Positions 13,029 through 24,518 of a stretch of 64,000 bases of DNA are shown piece by piece. Both the position numbers and the translations under genes were made by a program. The DNA lies in the NCBI RefSeq assembly GCF_006345805.1, contig NC_043013.1:20522001-20586000 (forward strand), in the 5' to 3' direction. This stretch comes from Octopus sinensis (lineage: Eukaryota). Within the stretch, counting starts at the first letter, position 1. The number at the start of each line of letters is the position of its first letter. The notes below the pieces were generated by a model. That model was given only the letters and a program-made list of their open reading frames with translations, searched no databases and had not been told where the DNA came from.

Positions 13029-13348
13029 GAGGGCGCGTGGCTTAGTGGTTAGGGCATTCGGCTCATGATCGTAAGGTTGTGAGTTCGATTCCCGGCGACG
13101 CGTTGTGTCCTTGAGCAAGACACTTTATTTCACGTTGCTCCAGTCCACTCAGCTGGCAAAAATGAGTTGTACTTGTATTTCAAAGGGTTAGCCTTGTCAC
13201 TCTCTGTGTCACGCTGATTATCCCCGAGAACTACGTTAAGGGTACACGTGTCTGTGGAATGCTCAGCCATTTGCACGTTAATTTCGCGAGCAAGCTGTTC
13301 CGTTGATCGTATCAGCTGGGACCCTCGTCGTCGTAACCGGCGGAGTCT
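13029..13348 (+). mobile_element. tRNA-derived SINE family D with CORE-like domain
   Basis: A box TGGCTTAGTGG, B box GTTCGATTCC, CORE-like TGTGTCCTTGAGCAAGACACTT; 3' tail shared with family C at 26756-27137. Confidence 0.88.
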
Positions 13349-13427
13349 TTTTAAAAAGATGAGAAGAATAAGCATTCAGATTTTATCCCGAAGACTATCT
13401 GACATGATTCTTTGGAAAAGCCTCACC

Positions 13428-13857
13428 ATTGCAGCTGTGTGGTAAGAAGTTTGGTTCCCAGCTTCATGGTTTCGTGTTCAGTTTGATTGAGTGGCAACTT
13501 GGACAAATGTCTTGTACTATAGCCTCAGGCCGACGACCGAAGACTTGTGACTGGATTTGGTAGACAGAAACTGAAAGAATCCCGTTGTATATGTATGTAT
13601 GTATCTATGCGTGTGTGTGTGTGTGTGAGTGTGTCTGTGTGTATGTGTGTGTGTGTGTTTATCCCTCATAACCACTTGGAAAGTAATGTTGGTGTGTTTA
13701 CTTCTCCATAATATAGCGGTTCAACAAAAGAGACCGATAGAATAAGTATCAGACTTTAAAAAAGAAAATAAGAACTGAGGTCAATTCTTTCGGCTAAAAA
13801 TTCTACAAGGTGATGCTCCAGCATGGCCGCAGTATAATCTCTTAAACAAGTAAAGAG
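13428..13857 (+). mobile_element. SINE family A, diverged copy
   Basis: GCTGTGTGGTAAG head through CCAGCATGGCCGCAG...AAACAAGTAAAG tail. Confidence 0.85.
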
Positions 13858-14557
13858 GAAAGATGAATTGGCATCCGATATTTGCTTTGATATTTGCTAT
13901 GAGTGTTGCCATTACATATCTTGCGAATGTTTCAATTTCTTTATTTTCGTTCGAAAAGCGGAAAGGTGAAACTCGGCGAAATGTATGGTAAAGTTACCTG
14001 CTTACGTCCGAATTGACATGGGCACACATACGAACACATGTGTGAGTGTATACATGTATGAATGCATGTGTATGTGTGTGTGTGTGTGTGCGTGTGTGTG
14101 TGCGCGCGCGTGTGAATATTTGTGTGATTACATATGTGTGTGACTGTGTATGTGACTATACATACACATTTATATCGTTTTTTTTTGCGATTAAATGTAC
14201 AAATATATGAAACGTAATACACAAAACATTAGAACTAATATCTGTCTTTGATAATTAAAACAGAGAAATTCATTAAAATAATGACTTTTGCTATTTTTGC
14301 ATCTTTAAAACAGAGAAGTGAAACAAACGCACTAAATATAGAAATAAATGTAAAAATATCTTAAGAGAGTATTTGCTACAACTTCTGAAGGAAAACAAAT
14401 GATCAGATAAGAAGCATATCATAATTAAAGTATTTTTGCTGTATATGAGTGGAACAAGGAAATAGACAGTGATCCGTGGCGTTTACTGGTACATTCCACC
14501 TGGGGAGATTGATGCAATGTATATATGTATACATGTATATATATGTATGTATGTATG

Positions 14558-14643
<86 letters not shown>

Positions 14644-14794
14644 AATAAAATAAATATAAGAGAGTGGTCACTATATGGCTCACTCTAGCACTAGTTAATC
14701 CAAAAGGTTTCAACCACAAAAATATATGTTTCCCATGAAAGTCAGTACGATTGTTAGCTCACACGAACAGGGCAAATAAAAAATAACAAAAATA

Positions 14795-14889
14795 CAGATA
14801 TTTTGGGACAATTGTTTCGCTATTAATGAATTAAATGTAATTTTACTTACAAAAAAATCCACTTGTAGCTCCTCAGCCAAAACTATCTG
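14795..14889 (-). ncRNA. Type I hammerhead ribozyme, H1 copy 1
   Basis: Minus: CAGATAGTTTTGG-CTGAGGA-GCTA...TAGC-GAAAC-AATT-GTC-CCAAAATATCTG; GUC at 14809-14807. Confidence 0.88.
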
Positions 14890-15329
14890 GATGAAATCCA
14901 CTCAATCACACGCCAGATTTTACCATAACGATAAATACACGTGTGGTTCAATTGATTACATCCGACGTTATAATTCAAATGCCCCTACTAACAGCGCGCC
15001 AAACTTTCACGGAGACAAATACCACATTTAGAAATAAATGTAGCATAATTATAATTAATTAATAAGGGTGAGAGAATTAGATACTAATTTAATAGCATAT
15101 CTATTCAACACCAAGTGGCCCAGTGCTCCGAGAAACCTGGATTATTATAATATTTTGTAATATATTATAATATTTTATACAAAAATAAATATAAGAGAGT
15201 GGTCACTATATGGCTCACTCTAGCACTAGTTAATCCAAAAGGTTTCAACCACAAAAATATATGTTTCCCATGAAAGTCAGTACGATTGTTAGCTCACACG
15301 AACAGGGCAAATAAAAAATAACAAAAATA

Positions 15330-15422
15330 CAGATTATTTTGGGACAATTGTTTCGCTATTAATGAATTAAATGTAATTTTACTTACAAAAAAATCCACCT
15401 GTAGCTCCTCAGCCAAAACTAT
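15330..15422 (-). ncRNA. Type I hammerhead ribozyme, H1 copy 2
   Basis: Same core; GUC at 15345-15343; distal stem I shortened by the junction. Confidence 0.85.
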
Positions 15423-15574
15423 GGGAAACATAAATATAAGAGAGTGGTCACTATATGGCTCACTCTAGCACTAGTTAATCCAAAAGGTTTCAACCACAAA
15501 AATATATGTTTCCCATGAAAGTCAGTACGATTGTTAGCTCACACGAACAGGGCAAATAAAAAATAACAAAAATA

Positions 15575-15670
15575 CAGATTATTTTGGGACAATTGTTTCG
15601 CTATTAATGAATTAAATGTAATTTTACTTACAAAAAAATCCACTTGTAGCTCCTCAGCCAAAACTATCTG
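15575..15670 (-). ncRNA. Type I hammerhead ribozyme, H1 copy 3
   Basis: Same core with full stem I; GUC at 15590-15588. Confidence 0.88.
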
Positions 15671-16101
15671 GATGAAATCCCTCAATCACACGCCAGATTT
15701 TACCATAACGATAAATACACGTGTGGTTCAATTGATTACATCCACGTTATAATTCAAATGCCCCTACTAACAGCGCGCCAAACTTTCACGGAGACAAATA
15801 CCACATTAGAAATAATGTAGCATAATTAAATTAAGAATAAGGGTGAGAGAATTAGATACTAATTTAATAGCATATCTATTCAACACCAAGTGGCCCAGTG
15901 CTCCGGAAACCTGGATTATTATAATATTTTGTAATATATTAATATTTTTATACAAAATTAAATATAAGAGAGTGGTCACTATATGGCTCACTCTAGCACT
16001 TGTTAATCCAAAAGGTTTCAACCACAAAAATATATGTTTCCCATGAAAGTCAGTACGATTGTTAGCTCACACGAACAGGCAAATAAAAAATAACAAAAAT
16101 A

Positions 16102-16188
16102 CAGATTATTTTGGGACAATTGTTTCGCTATTAATGAATAAATGTAATTTTACTTACAAAAAATCCCCTTAGCTCCTCAGCCAACTAT
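16102..16188 (-). ncRNA. Type I hammerhead ribozyme, H1 copy 4 (small deletions)
   Basis: Core and stem II intact; stem I reduced to ~4 bp; GUC at 16117-16115. Confidence 0.7.
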
Positions 16189-16338
16189 GGGAAACATAAA
16201 TATAGAGAGTGGTCACTATATGGCTCACTCTAGCACTAGTTAATCCAAAAGGTTTCAACCACAAAAATATATTTTCCCATGAAAGTCAGTACGATTGTTA
16301 GCTCACACGAACAGGGCAAATAAAAAATAACAAAAATA

Positions 16339-16434
16339 CAGATTATTTTGGGACAATTGTTTCGCTATTAATGAATTAAATGTAATTTTACTTACAAAAA
16401 AATCCACTTGTAGCTCCTCAGCCAAAACTATCTG
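16339..16434 (-). ncRNA. Type I hammerhead ribozyme, H1 copy 5
   Basis: Same core with full stem I; GUC at 16354-16352. Confidence 0.88.
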
Positions 16435-16870
16435 GATGAAATCCACTCAATCACACGCCAGATTTTACCATAACGATAAATACACGGTGGTTCAATTGAT
16501 TACATCCGACGTTATAATTCAAATGCCCCTACTAACAGCGCGCCAAACTTTCACGGGGACAAATACCACATTTAGAAATAAATGTAGCATAATTATAATT
16601 AATTAATAAGGGTGAGAGAATTAGATACTAATTTAATAGCATATCTATTCAACACCAAGTGGCCCAGTGCTCCGAGAAACCTGGATTATTATAATATTTT
16701 GTAATATATATAATATTTTATACAAAAATAAATATAAGAGAGTGGTCACTATATGGCTCACTCTAGCACTAGTTAATCCAAAAGGTTTCAACCACAAAAA
16801 TATGTTTCCCATGAAAGTCAGTACGATTGTTAGCTCACACGAACAGGGCAAATAAAAAATAACAAAAATA

Positions 16871-16963
16871 CAGATTATTTTGGGACAATTGTTTCGCTAT
16901 TAATGAATTAAATGTAATTTTATACAAAAAAAAATCCACCTGTAGCTCCTCAGCCAAAACTAT
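16871..16963 (-). ncRNA. Type I hammerhead ribozyme, H1 copy 6
   Basis: Same core; GUC at 16886-16884. Confidence 0.85.
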
Positions 16964-17115
16964 GGGAAACATAAATATAAGAGAGTGGTCACTATATGGC
17001 TCACTCTAGCACTAGTTAATCCAAAAGGTTTCAACCACAAAAATATATGTTTCCCATGAAAGTCAGTACGATTGTTAGCTCACACGAACAGGGCAAATAA
17101 AAAATAACAAAAATA

Positions 17116-17208
17116 CAGATTATTTTGGGACAATTGTTTCGCTATTAATGAATTAAATGTAATTTTACTTACAAAAAAATCCACCTGTAGCTCCTCAGCC
17201 AAAACTAT
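17116..17208 (-). ncRNA. Type I hammerhead ribozyme, H1 copy 7
   Basis: Same core; GUC at 17131-17129; abuts the inversion junction. Confidence 0.85.
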
Positions 17209-17588
17209 GGGAAACATATATTTTTGTGGTTGAAACCTTTTGGATTAACTAGTGCTAGAGTGAGCCATATAGTGACCACTCTCTTATATTTATTTTTGTA
17301 TAAAATATTATAATATATTACAAAATATTATAATAATCCAGGTTTCTCGGAGCACTGGGCCACTTGGTGTTGAATAGATATGCTATTAAATTAGTATCTA
17401 ATTCTCTCACCCTTATTAATTAATTATAATTATGCTACATTTATTTCTAAATGTGGTATTTGTCTCCGTGAAAGTTTGGCGCGCTGTTAGTAGGGGCATT
17501 TGAATTATAACGTCGGATGTAATCAATTGAACCACACGTGTATTTATCGTTATGGTAAAATCTGGCGTGTGATTGAGTGGATTTCATC

Positions 17589-17684
17589 CAGATAGTTTTG
17601 GCTGAGGAGCTACAAGTGGATTTTTTTGTAAGTAAAATTACATTTAATTCATTAATAGCGAAACAATTGTCCCAAAATAATCTG
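17589..17684 (+). ncRNA. Type I hammerhead ribozyme, H1 copy 8 (inverted arm)
   Basis: Stem I CAGATAGTTTTGG (17589-17601) / CCAAAATAATCTG (17672-17684); CTGAGGA 17602-17608; stem II GCTA/TAGC; GAAAC 17660-17664; palindromic stem III ACAATTGT; GTC 17669-17671. Confidence 0.9.
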
Positions 17685-17955
17685 TATTTTTGTTATTTTT
17701 TATTTGCCCTGTTCGTGTGAGCTAACAATCGTACTGACTTTCATGGGAAACATATATTTTTGTGGTTGAAACCTTTTGGATTAACTAGTGCTAGAGTGAG
17801 CCATATAGTGACCACTCTCTTATATTTATTTTTGTATAAAATATTATAATATATTACAAAATATTATAATAATCCAGGTTTCTCGGAGCACTGGGCCACT
17901 TGGTGTTGAATAGATATGCTATTAAATTAGTATCTAATTCTCTCACCCTTATTAA

Positions 17956-18004
<49 letters not shown>

Positions 18005-18007
<3 letters not shown>

Positions 18008-18135
18008 GAAATTTACAAAAAAATAAAAGACGAAAACAGGTGTATTAGCTAAACTCTCGGGAAGGTGAGAAGTCTCTTACGTTTCGAGCCTACGTTCTTC
18101 AACAGAAAGCAACACAAGAAAATAAACACAGGGAG
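18005..18135 (-). mobile_element. Penelope-like terminal repeat with minimal hammerhead motif (family H2)
   Basis: Homologous to 1269-1400; minus CTTT-CTGTTGA-A-GAAC-GTAG-GCTC-GAAAC-GTA-AGAG at ~18074-18109. Confidence 0.6.
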
Positions 18136-18379
18136 AATAAAAAACGAAAGCCTTAGTAGTTAGCAGTCAATCATGGCGATGGCCGGACAGAGGTGGTGAG
18201 AGAGGAGAGCTATAAAGAAGGGGAGATAATAAAGTAGTGGTGATCCCAAAACGAGGGTGCGCGTGCGTAAGTATGTGAGAGCGTATGTGTGCGTATGGAA
18301 GGGGGCTGGTGACGTTGACGTGTGGGTGCGTGCATGTGTAGGTGTGTGGATGATGGTGTGGGACTGGGAAGTGGTCAGT

Positions 18380-18860
18380 GCTAGTGATGGCCCCCTTGAG
18401 CTAATCAACGGCAGCTTTCATCCTATATTTATGGACTGCCATATTAGTTTGGCGATAACTAATAATATCCAGTACCGCTGCCGTAGTCTCATTTAGAGAG
18501 ACTTAGAAATAATAATATTTCTATTTTTGAAAACTAGTTGACGTATTCCACTGAATTTAGGTAAATAATCCTTCGAACAGACGGTGAGTAGCGACGCCTG
18601 CTGTGTTCTACTACTCTGCATTGATATGGGCAAATACCCTGAAACATGTCTGCAGATGCCTGACCAACAAGGGGAAGCGACTGGCCTCCCATGTTCGAAG
18701 GTTATATTGGACAGAGGTGCGTATGTCATATAGGAAGCTAGAGGCGATGGCCTCTTGGAGCTAATCAACGGCAGCATTCGTCCTATATTTATGGACTGCC
18801 ATATTAACTTGGCGATAACTATTAATATCCAGTACTGCTGCCGTAGTCTCCTTTCGAGAG

Positions 18861-18865
<5 letters not shown>
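18380..18865 (+). mobile_element. Partial tandem (360-bp period) with decayed hammerhead, retrozyme-like family H3
   Basis: ~120-bp direct repeats (GAGCTAATCAACGGCAGC at 18398 and 18758) flank TCTGCA-TTGATAT-GGG-CAAATA-CCC-T-GAAAC-AT-GTC-TGCAGA (18615-18656); ends in (TA)n. Confidence 0.65.
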
Positions 18866-18906
<41 letters not shown>

Positions 18907-18907
<1 letters not shown>

Positions 18908-19111
18908 CTTTTACTTGTTTCAGTCATTAAACTGTGGCCATGCTGGGGCACTGCCTTGAAAAAAGTTTCCTCGAATGAATCATACCAAGTATTAATTTTT
19001 TACTTCTTTAATCCTGTTAAGTATTCTATCGGTCTGTTTGCCGAAACGCTAGGTTACAGAGGCGTAAAAGCTCCAACACTGGCTATCAATAGGTAGTGGG
19101 GGGATAAGCAT

Positions 19112-19142
<31 letters not shown>

Positions 19143-19310
19143 TATATATAGATATACGTCAGGCTTCTTCCAGTTTCCTTCCTCTAAATCTGCTCACAAA
19201 GCTTTGGTCGACTCGCAGCTATAGTAGAAAACACTTACCCAAGATGTTATGCAGTGGGACTGAACTCAGAGCCATGTGGTTAGGAAGCAAGCTTCTTACC
19301 ACACATCCAC
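18907..19310 (-). mobile_element. SINE family A, diverged
   Basis: Reverse complement of 4396-4786-type element. Confidence 0.85.
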
Positions 19311-20290
19311 GTCAAGCCACAATAACTATGTTATTAGTGTATTAGAAGTGCGTAAGACATCAATTAAATTGAGTACCTCCCCCAATATATTACTGGTATT
19401 TATTTTATCGATGCTGTGCACCGATAAAATTTTTTAAAAAAGCATTCAGAATGGGACTAAAATCCCTAGGGGTATTTGATCCAAAAGCTTATTATTTCTG
19501 CCAACTCATCGTATGTATGTATTTATGCACACACAAGAAAATTTCGAAGAAATTATATTTTCTTATAGAGAATAATTTTCAAAATAAATTTTAAAACTTG
19601 AATCTATTATTCAAATTTTTTTGTTTCAAAACCTACATTTTAGCATTTTTTAAAGAAGTTCCTTTATTTTCTCTTGATATATTCTTTCTCTTTTTTTCCT
19701 TTTTGCCTTCTTTTTTTTTATATGAAATATTTTACAATGTTCCAAAATATCAACATGGTAAAAATACTATTTTTTTTTTTTTTGGTTTTTCTTCCATATT
19801 TCTCTTTGAATAACAATATTTCACAATTTACGATTGTAATTTTATTTTCCAGTAATGCAATGAAGTTAAATCACGTTTATATTTAATATTTTTTCCCCAA
19901 CAAATTTAATATTTTTGCAGAATATTCCTTCAAGATATGGTTGTTTAGCGAAAATTTGTAATACATATTTTGAACATGTGAAAATTCTAACGATGTGTAG
20001 ATAATTGCTTTTACTTCATTTTGTCTCTAACAACTAATGACATTTCTCCTGAGAGTGAAGACACTGAGCTTATGTTTGAGTGAACGTGGTTCAACGTAAG
20101 CCAAAGAAATAACGAACAATGCTAAAATTATTCAAAGCAAGGGGTTTTGTCATTTATGAGTCTAATGATGTTTCAACTGTGCAAAATTCCACAAACATTT
20201 CATATTTTACTGTCCTTTGCTGGATAATCAAATTTTAATCTCTTCGATATTCCTCATTTCTGTTCTAAGTCATATTCCAACGTGTGGTCT

Positions 20291-20680
20291 CTTTTACCTT
20301 TTATCTTTTATTTGTTTCAGTCATTAGACAACGGCCATACTACGGCACCACCTTAAAGAATTGTTAGTCGAATAAATCGACCCCAATACCTTTTCTTCTT
20401 TTTTAAACATGGTAATTGTGCTATCAAACCCTTTGCCGAACCGCGAAGTTACAGGTACGTAAACACACCAATATCGACTGTCAAGCGGTGAAGGAGAACA
20501 AACACAGGCAAAAACACACATACATAAACATATGCAAATATATGTCAGGTTTCATTCAGTTTCCATCTATCAAATCCATTCACAAGTTTTCGACCGGTCA
20601 GAGAGTGCCACGCAGTGACGTCGAACCCGGGACCATGTGTTTGAGAAGCAAGCTTCTTACAACATAGCTGTGCCGTCGCT
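20291..20680 (-). mobile_element. SINE family A, diverged
   Basis: Tail TTTACCTTTT..GTTTCAGTCATT to head CTTCTTACAACATAGC. Confidence 0.8.
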
Positions 20681-21239
20681 TATGGCAACATTTGTTTTTC
20701 TGAATTTTTTTTCCCATCGAAACTTCTGCAAAAACTGTTACGTGTTCATAAAAAGAAAAAAGTAGGATATGAAATTATGAAACTAGTTTTAAAGAGAAAT
20801 ACAATAATCCTTGAAAATGATGAGTCAACATTTTTATAATGGCCCAGAAAATATCATTTTTAAGACAAAATCGTATACATTACTCTCTGAGCTAAACACG
20901 TACTACAAATCCACTTGAATTATTTCGTCTACACACCATACATTCCATAATCATGATATCATTGTACAAACTAAAGCCATTGTGGATGCAGCTTCACTCT
21001 TATTCAAGATCAGTTACATTCAATTTTACTCTACACTGTACTATATGTCATTATGCTCAATCTTGCAAAATATATAGAGCAATACTGTGCACAGCGACAA
21101 TCATTAGAATCCCGTCAAATACAGCTACATTCAATATATCCACATTCTTTACAGCAATATTCAGTATACGAGACATGCTCTTTACAAAATGCTTTGCTAC
21201 ATTTCGTCTGAGTTCAAATTCGGTCTTATTCCTGGAAGG

Positions 21240-22435
21240 AATTATGTGGATAGCAGATTACCACCTGTAACCTTATGTATCCACAAGTTTTCATCAGTCT
21301 TTCAAGTGCTTAGAACGCTCCTGATAATTCTTGCTGTTCCTGAGAGACAAACTTTCTGTAAGAGCTCTACCGGGTATTCTATTTCAATATCCTTCAGTCA
21401 TTTGTCTGTATCTTGGTTTACTCTTCTATTATTATAGACACGACCTTTACTGTTCGAACAAACTTCTTGTCTTCCTCTTCAGCTCTCCTTTCTGCAACCA
21501 TAACCATGTCTCATCGCTATTGCCTGCAACTATCTTTGGGAATCTACCATGCAAAGCCTTCTCTTACCAGTCAAATAACTGTTTTTCTGTTTTGTAGTTT
21601 TTAATTTAATTTGGTTTTTTGATTTCCCAATGTTCTGCTGTGAATCTAACCGCTCTTAATAAACTTTCTTCACTATTATCTACATAGGAGTCTATATCTG
21701 CTCTAGCTAACCTCATGCAGTCTTCAATTGACATTAACCCTCTACCACTTTCGTTTCTAGGTAAGTATAATCTTGCTGCTCCTGACCTTCGATGGAGTCT
21801 TCCATTCATTTTCAGTTACTTCCCAGTTCTTCTGTCCAGCTTTGCTAATTCAGATTTTTTTTCAAATCTACAAAAGCTACTGCGTATCTAAGTACCGACA
21901 GTCCAAGTATTTACAGTCACCACTAGATCCGGTCCATTTAGCTTTGATTTCCTTAACTTTCCCACCCGTCTGATGTACACCTCAATTTTTGGTTTCATTT
22001 CTATTGTTAGTACTCTGTCAGATTATAATACTCCTGGATACTTATAACTTTCAATAATTTTAATTTATGGCCATCTGGTAATTGAATGCCTTCGTGTTGA
22101 CTACCCATCCCCTTCTCATGACTAATATTGCACACTTACCTATGTCAAATTCCATGACTATATCTCTGCTGAAGAATCTTACATTTTGTATTTAGGAATT
22201 TATCTCTTTTTCTTTCTTACTAAAGAGCTTCATATTATCAATGTAGAGCAAATGGTTAATTTTTCCTTTACTATTTCTGAACCGATAGCCCGCTTTGCCT
22301 TCCTTAATACTATACTGAGGGGGATTAAACATGAGAGAAATATTAAAGTGGATAAGGAATCTCCTTGGAAAATTCCTTTTTAGATATTAACTTTCCCTAA
22401 TGGTCTGTCACTTGAGTATAAATCTACTTTCCCTT
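21240..22435 (-). mobile_element. R4/Dong-like non-LTR retrotransposon relic, internally deleted
   Basis: 'KGIFQGDSLSTLIFLSCLIPLSIVLRKAKAGYRF' (RT), 'MNGRLHRRSGAARLYLPRNESGRGLMSIEDC', and C-terminal 'VKVVSII'; lies beside a TTA/CTA microsatellite. Confidence 0.8.
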
Positions 22436-22486
22436 TCTTCATCACATTTTCCACTTTTATTACATTATTTATTATTAATTATTTTT

Positions 22487-22619
22487 ACTTCTACTACTAC
22501 TACTGCTACTGCTGCTACAACAACAACAACAACAACAACTACTACTACTACTACTACTACAACAACTACTACTACTACTACCACCACTACTACTACAACT
22601 ACTACTACTATTATTATTA

Positions 22620-22670
<51 letters not shown>
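22487..22670. repeat. Compound (CTA)n/(CAA)n/(TTA)n microsatellite
   Basis: Direct reading. Confidence 0.95.
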
Positions 22671-22671
<1 letters not shown>

Positions 22672-23631
22672 GCAATCGTGAACATTAGTTTCATTTTATC
22701 CAATTGTGCATTGCACCTGATGACTGATGCCATTTTCTCAGTTCTACGGAGTCTTCTGCAGCATCAACGAAAACCCATCTATAAATCCAAAGTCGAATCT
22801 TTTGAATACATTCGACTCTCAAAAGCCATTCTTCAACTCAAATACACGATACAGCGTCCTAGTTTCAATTGCACTTTTCTAATTTTTATATCATAGCAGA
22901 ACAGAAAATGTTCACTATATCCTTTAGCGTGGTATTATGTTTAAGATTAATTCATTCTACACTTGTGCCACATTTGATACCAGGGAAATGCTAAAGCCTT
23001 TTGTTACAGCGAATTGAAATGCTTAATTCACATTAAATTTCAGTAAGACCAGCTGAGTTTACTTCATCCTACGCTAGAGAAATAATGGGGCTCTGCTGTA
23101 ATGCAATTATTCATTACTAATCATTTTAATGCTAAGCTTTTCCCCAAATCCTTCACAAGAGGTACTCGGCCTAGCACACCATTCAGAAGTGTGCTACACT
23201 TCAAATAAACTCACTTATATATTCCTAAAATAAATCAGGTTATTCGTTTACGATTAATCAATGATATAATTCAGAGATATGAGAGATTTACAGGAATAGA
23301 TAATGATGTTTTTAGTACGGATGTACGAACGCACAAACATAAGCACATGCAGGAAAATACTGTAATGCTTCGACTTTCGCGGGTGTTACGTCTCAAAACC
23401 CTGTGTCATAGATGAAAATCCGCGAAGTAGAAACAGTGCTGTACTGTATATATATTTTCTAATCTTTTATTATTTGTATATATTTATTTTATTATTAATG
23501 CAAAACAACACCACGGAAGAATGGAAGCTTAAATAATAAACCGCAATAGGTGAACCGTGATATGGCGAAGGGATTTCTGTACTGCTGAAATCAACCAGCA
23601 TACATACACATATATACCTACAACACACACA

Positions 23632-23676
<45 letters not shown>

Positions 23677-23799
23677 ATCTATTTATCTATCTATCTATCT
23701 ATATCTATATCTGTATATATAAATATGTGTGTGTGTGTGTGTGTAGTGTGTGTGTGTGTGTGTGTGTGTAGTGTTTGTGTATGTTTGCATGTTATTTTC

Positions 23800-23930
23800 C
23801 ATGCCGAAGCATCGTGAAGCTTTAGGTGTTTTCGCTCAATAAACACTCACAAAGACCGGTCTGGGAATCGAAACCACGATCCTACGACCGCGAGTCTGCT
23901 ACCCTAACCACTGGGCCATTGCACCTCCAC
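23800..23930 (-). mobile_element. SINE family C head fragment
   Basis: Minus TGGAGGTGCAATGGCCCAGTGGTTAGGGTAGCAGACTCGCGGTCG...TTTCGATTCCCAGACCGG. Confidence 0.85.
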
Positions 23931-24454
23931 TACTAACTGTCTATATCACATCAAATGATATAATAAACTATTTATAAAAAAAAACCATCAGTAAATATTC
24001 ATAGCTCTACTAAAACGTTTCATTCGAATTTCTGTTTTTACTTGAAATTATTCTATTTTCTCAAGCATTGCAACAGAATTGAAATAAAAATGCAACCAAA
24101 CTACAATAGAACAATCAAATCAAAACTGAAAGAAATTCAAGCTAAAACACAAAAAACAAAACCCAGAATTTAGATGAAGGAAGAACAGCAGACATTCCAA
24201 TCAATAGAGAATCCCAATAAATTGATAGCTAAATAATATTTCACCAAGTATATGCAGATACATACAAAAGGCATCTCTTCCGAAAAATGAAAATCCTAGC
24301 GATTGTTGGTCAAATTGATGGACGCATATATCAACCATTAGTTTCAGATTTTATTAAAAAACATGTGTAGCGTAATGTTTTGATGTCTCTATACATTAAA
24401 GCGCTAAGCGAGACGCTCTCCCACAATTTTTCTCTATCTCATTACACACCATAT

Positions 24455-24474
24455 AAATGCACACACACACACAC

Positions 24475-24518
<44 letters not shown>

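Larger units (their letters stand above)
14648..17961. mobile_element. Hammerhead-ribozyme tandem and inverted array (retrozyme-like, family H1)
   Basis: Block A (~240 bp, carries the hammerhead) and block B (~295 bp) arranged (A-B-A)x3-A, followed from 17207 by an inverted ~1.4-mer of the 536-bp A+B monomer. Both ends sit in (TA)n. No ORF. Confidence 0.9.

Noticed and set aside
13029-13100. tRNA genes here and at 26756 and 28350
   Set aside because: A/B boxes continue into SINE bodies and tails; no complete cloverleaf acceptor stem.
15670-16300. Apparent divergence of the middle array copies as an age signal
   Set aside because: Differences are mostly single-base deletions, typical of under-polished long-read consensus.
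14648-17961. CRISPR array or protein-coding repeat interpretation of the large array
   Set aside because: Eukaryotic context, units of hundreds of bp, no unique spacers, no cas genes; short ORFs are inconsistent between copies.
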